IMG/VR virus record: IMGVR_UViG_3300020042_004075
Location: 1-25,140 of that record
DNA length: 25,140 nt
Source of the DNA: a virus
Lineage: Duplodnaviria > Caudoviricetes
Direction: 5' to 3' (one strand)
How positions within the stretch are numbered: the stretch's first letter is position 1; each line of letters begins with the position of its first letter. Below are positions 24,597 through 25,140 of this stretch, in pieces. The notes under the pieces are model-generated. The model saw only the letters and a program-made list of their open reading frames with translations, made no database searches and was not told where the DNA came from. A program made the translations under genes and the position numbers.

Positions 24597-24916
24597 ACCG
24601 GAGTAACCCAATCGCCGTATCCTGCATCAATGAGTACCTGTGCTTGGTAATCACTGATCTCGTACTCGTGACCGCCAAGGAAGTAATAACTAGCTGCTGC
24701 TAGATCATCTTGGCTAGGAGTCAATGTCAAAGTGACATTAGTTCCATTAACAATAAGTGTCTGACCACGTGCTACATCTGTCAGGCTGATTGGGATAGGA
24801 CCGTCAATAGTGCCACCGTTAAAGCGGCGTCCAGCAAGGCGTGAGTACTTGGTGAACTCACTAGTTCCTGCGCCCCAGGTTTGCCACTGGTACGGTGTCA
24901 TTAGCGTATATGCCAT
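24593..24916 (-). CDS. hypothetical virion protein
   Basis: GGAAAGG RBS; YYFLGGHEY...LIDAGYG; first gene after capsid. Confidence 0.7.
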   Translation of the reverse strand: MAYTLMTPYQWQTWGAGTSEFTKYSRLAGRRFNGGTIDGPIPISLTDVARGQTLIVNGTNVTLTLTPSQDDLAAASYYFLGGHEYEISDYQAQVLIDAGYGDWVTPV

Positions 24917-24934
24917 ATCTAACCTTTCCTAAGT

Positions 24935-24964
24935 GACAGAGGTGGGTTTGACCCCACCCCTGCC
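24935..24964 (-). terminator. post-capsid hairpin (partial terminator or mRNA stabiliser)
   Basis: GGCAGGGGTGGG-gtcaaa-CCCACCTCTGTC 12-bp stem, no strong U-tract. Confidence 0.6.
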
Positions 24965-24979
24965 GTTGCACTAGCGGAA

Positions 24980-25140
24980 TTATCCGTTTGTTGCTGCAGA
25001 CTCAATGCGATAGAGCGCTGCTTCACGAAGGCGTGCAAAGCCTCCGAAGTAGTACCAACCGATTGTGCGGAAACGACGGAGTGCATCAATCTCTGGACCG
25101 ATAACGGTTGAGATGTCTGCAGCCTGTGCTTCAGCCAATG
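24980..25140 (-). CDS. major capsid protein, C-terminal fragment (N4-gp56-like)
   Basis: ...LAEAQAADISTVIGPEIDALRRFRTIGWYYFGGFARLREAALYRIESAATNG*; runs off the window edge. Confidence 0.8.
   Translation of the reverse strand, partial: LAEAQAADISTVIGPEIDALRRFRTIGWYYFGGFARLREAALYRIESAATNG

Overview
Internal 25 kb segment of a tailed dsDNA bacteriophage, most likely a short-tailed phage of Actinobacteria (WhiB gene, split primase, Cas4-like exonuclease, proteasome-beta-like protease, leaderless promoter, N4-gp56-type capsid). The gene set resembles freshwater actinophages, which is inference. Four transcription units are visible. (1) A + strand 'early' array (1-3363) holds a truncated beta-clamp-like gene, many tiny translationally coupled ORFs and an SLT-like muralytic enzyme. 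(2) A - strand replication/regulation operon (11069-3427) has no DNA polymerase. (3) A + strand zinc-ribbon/HNH pair lies at 11189-11774. (4) A - strand late region runs capsid C-terminus > small basic proteins > collagen + glycosyltransferase > tail proteins > glycine-rich paralogs > lysis. Most notable: a divergent promoter pair with WhiA-type GACAC boxes driving an operon that encodes its own WhiB; two sister 17-bp RNA hairpins and repeated gene-junction motifs in the early region; strong CAG/CTG depletion in the early region; no CATG found anywhere in the window; a two-domain beta-clamp; and a propeptide-less proteasome-beta-like subunit. All functional calls come from motif recognition by eye, without database searches.
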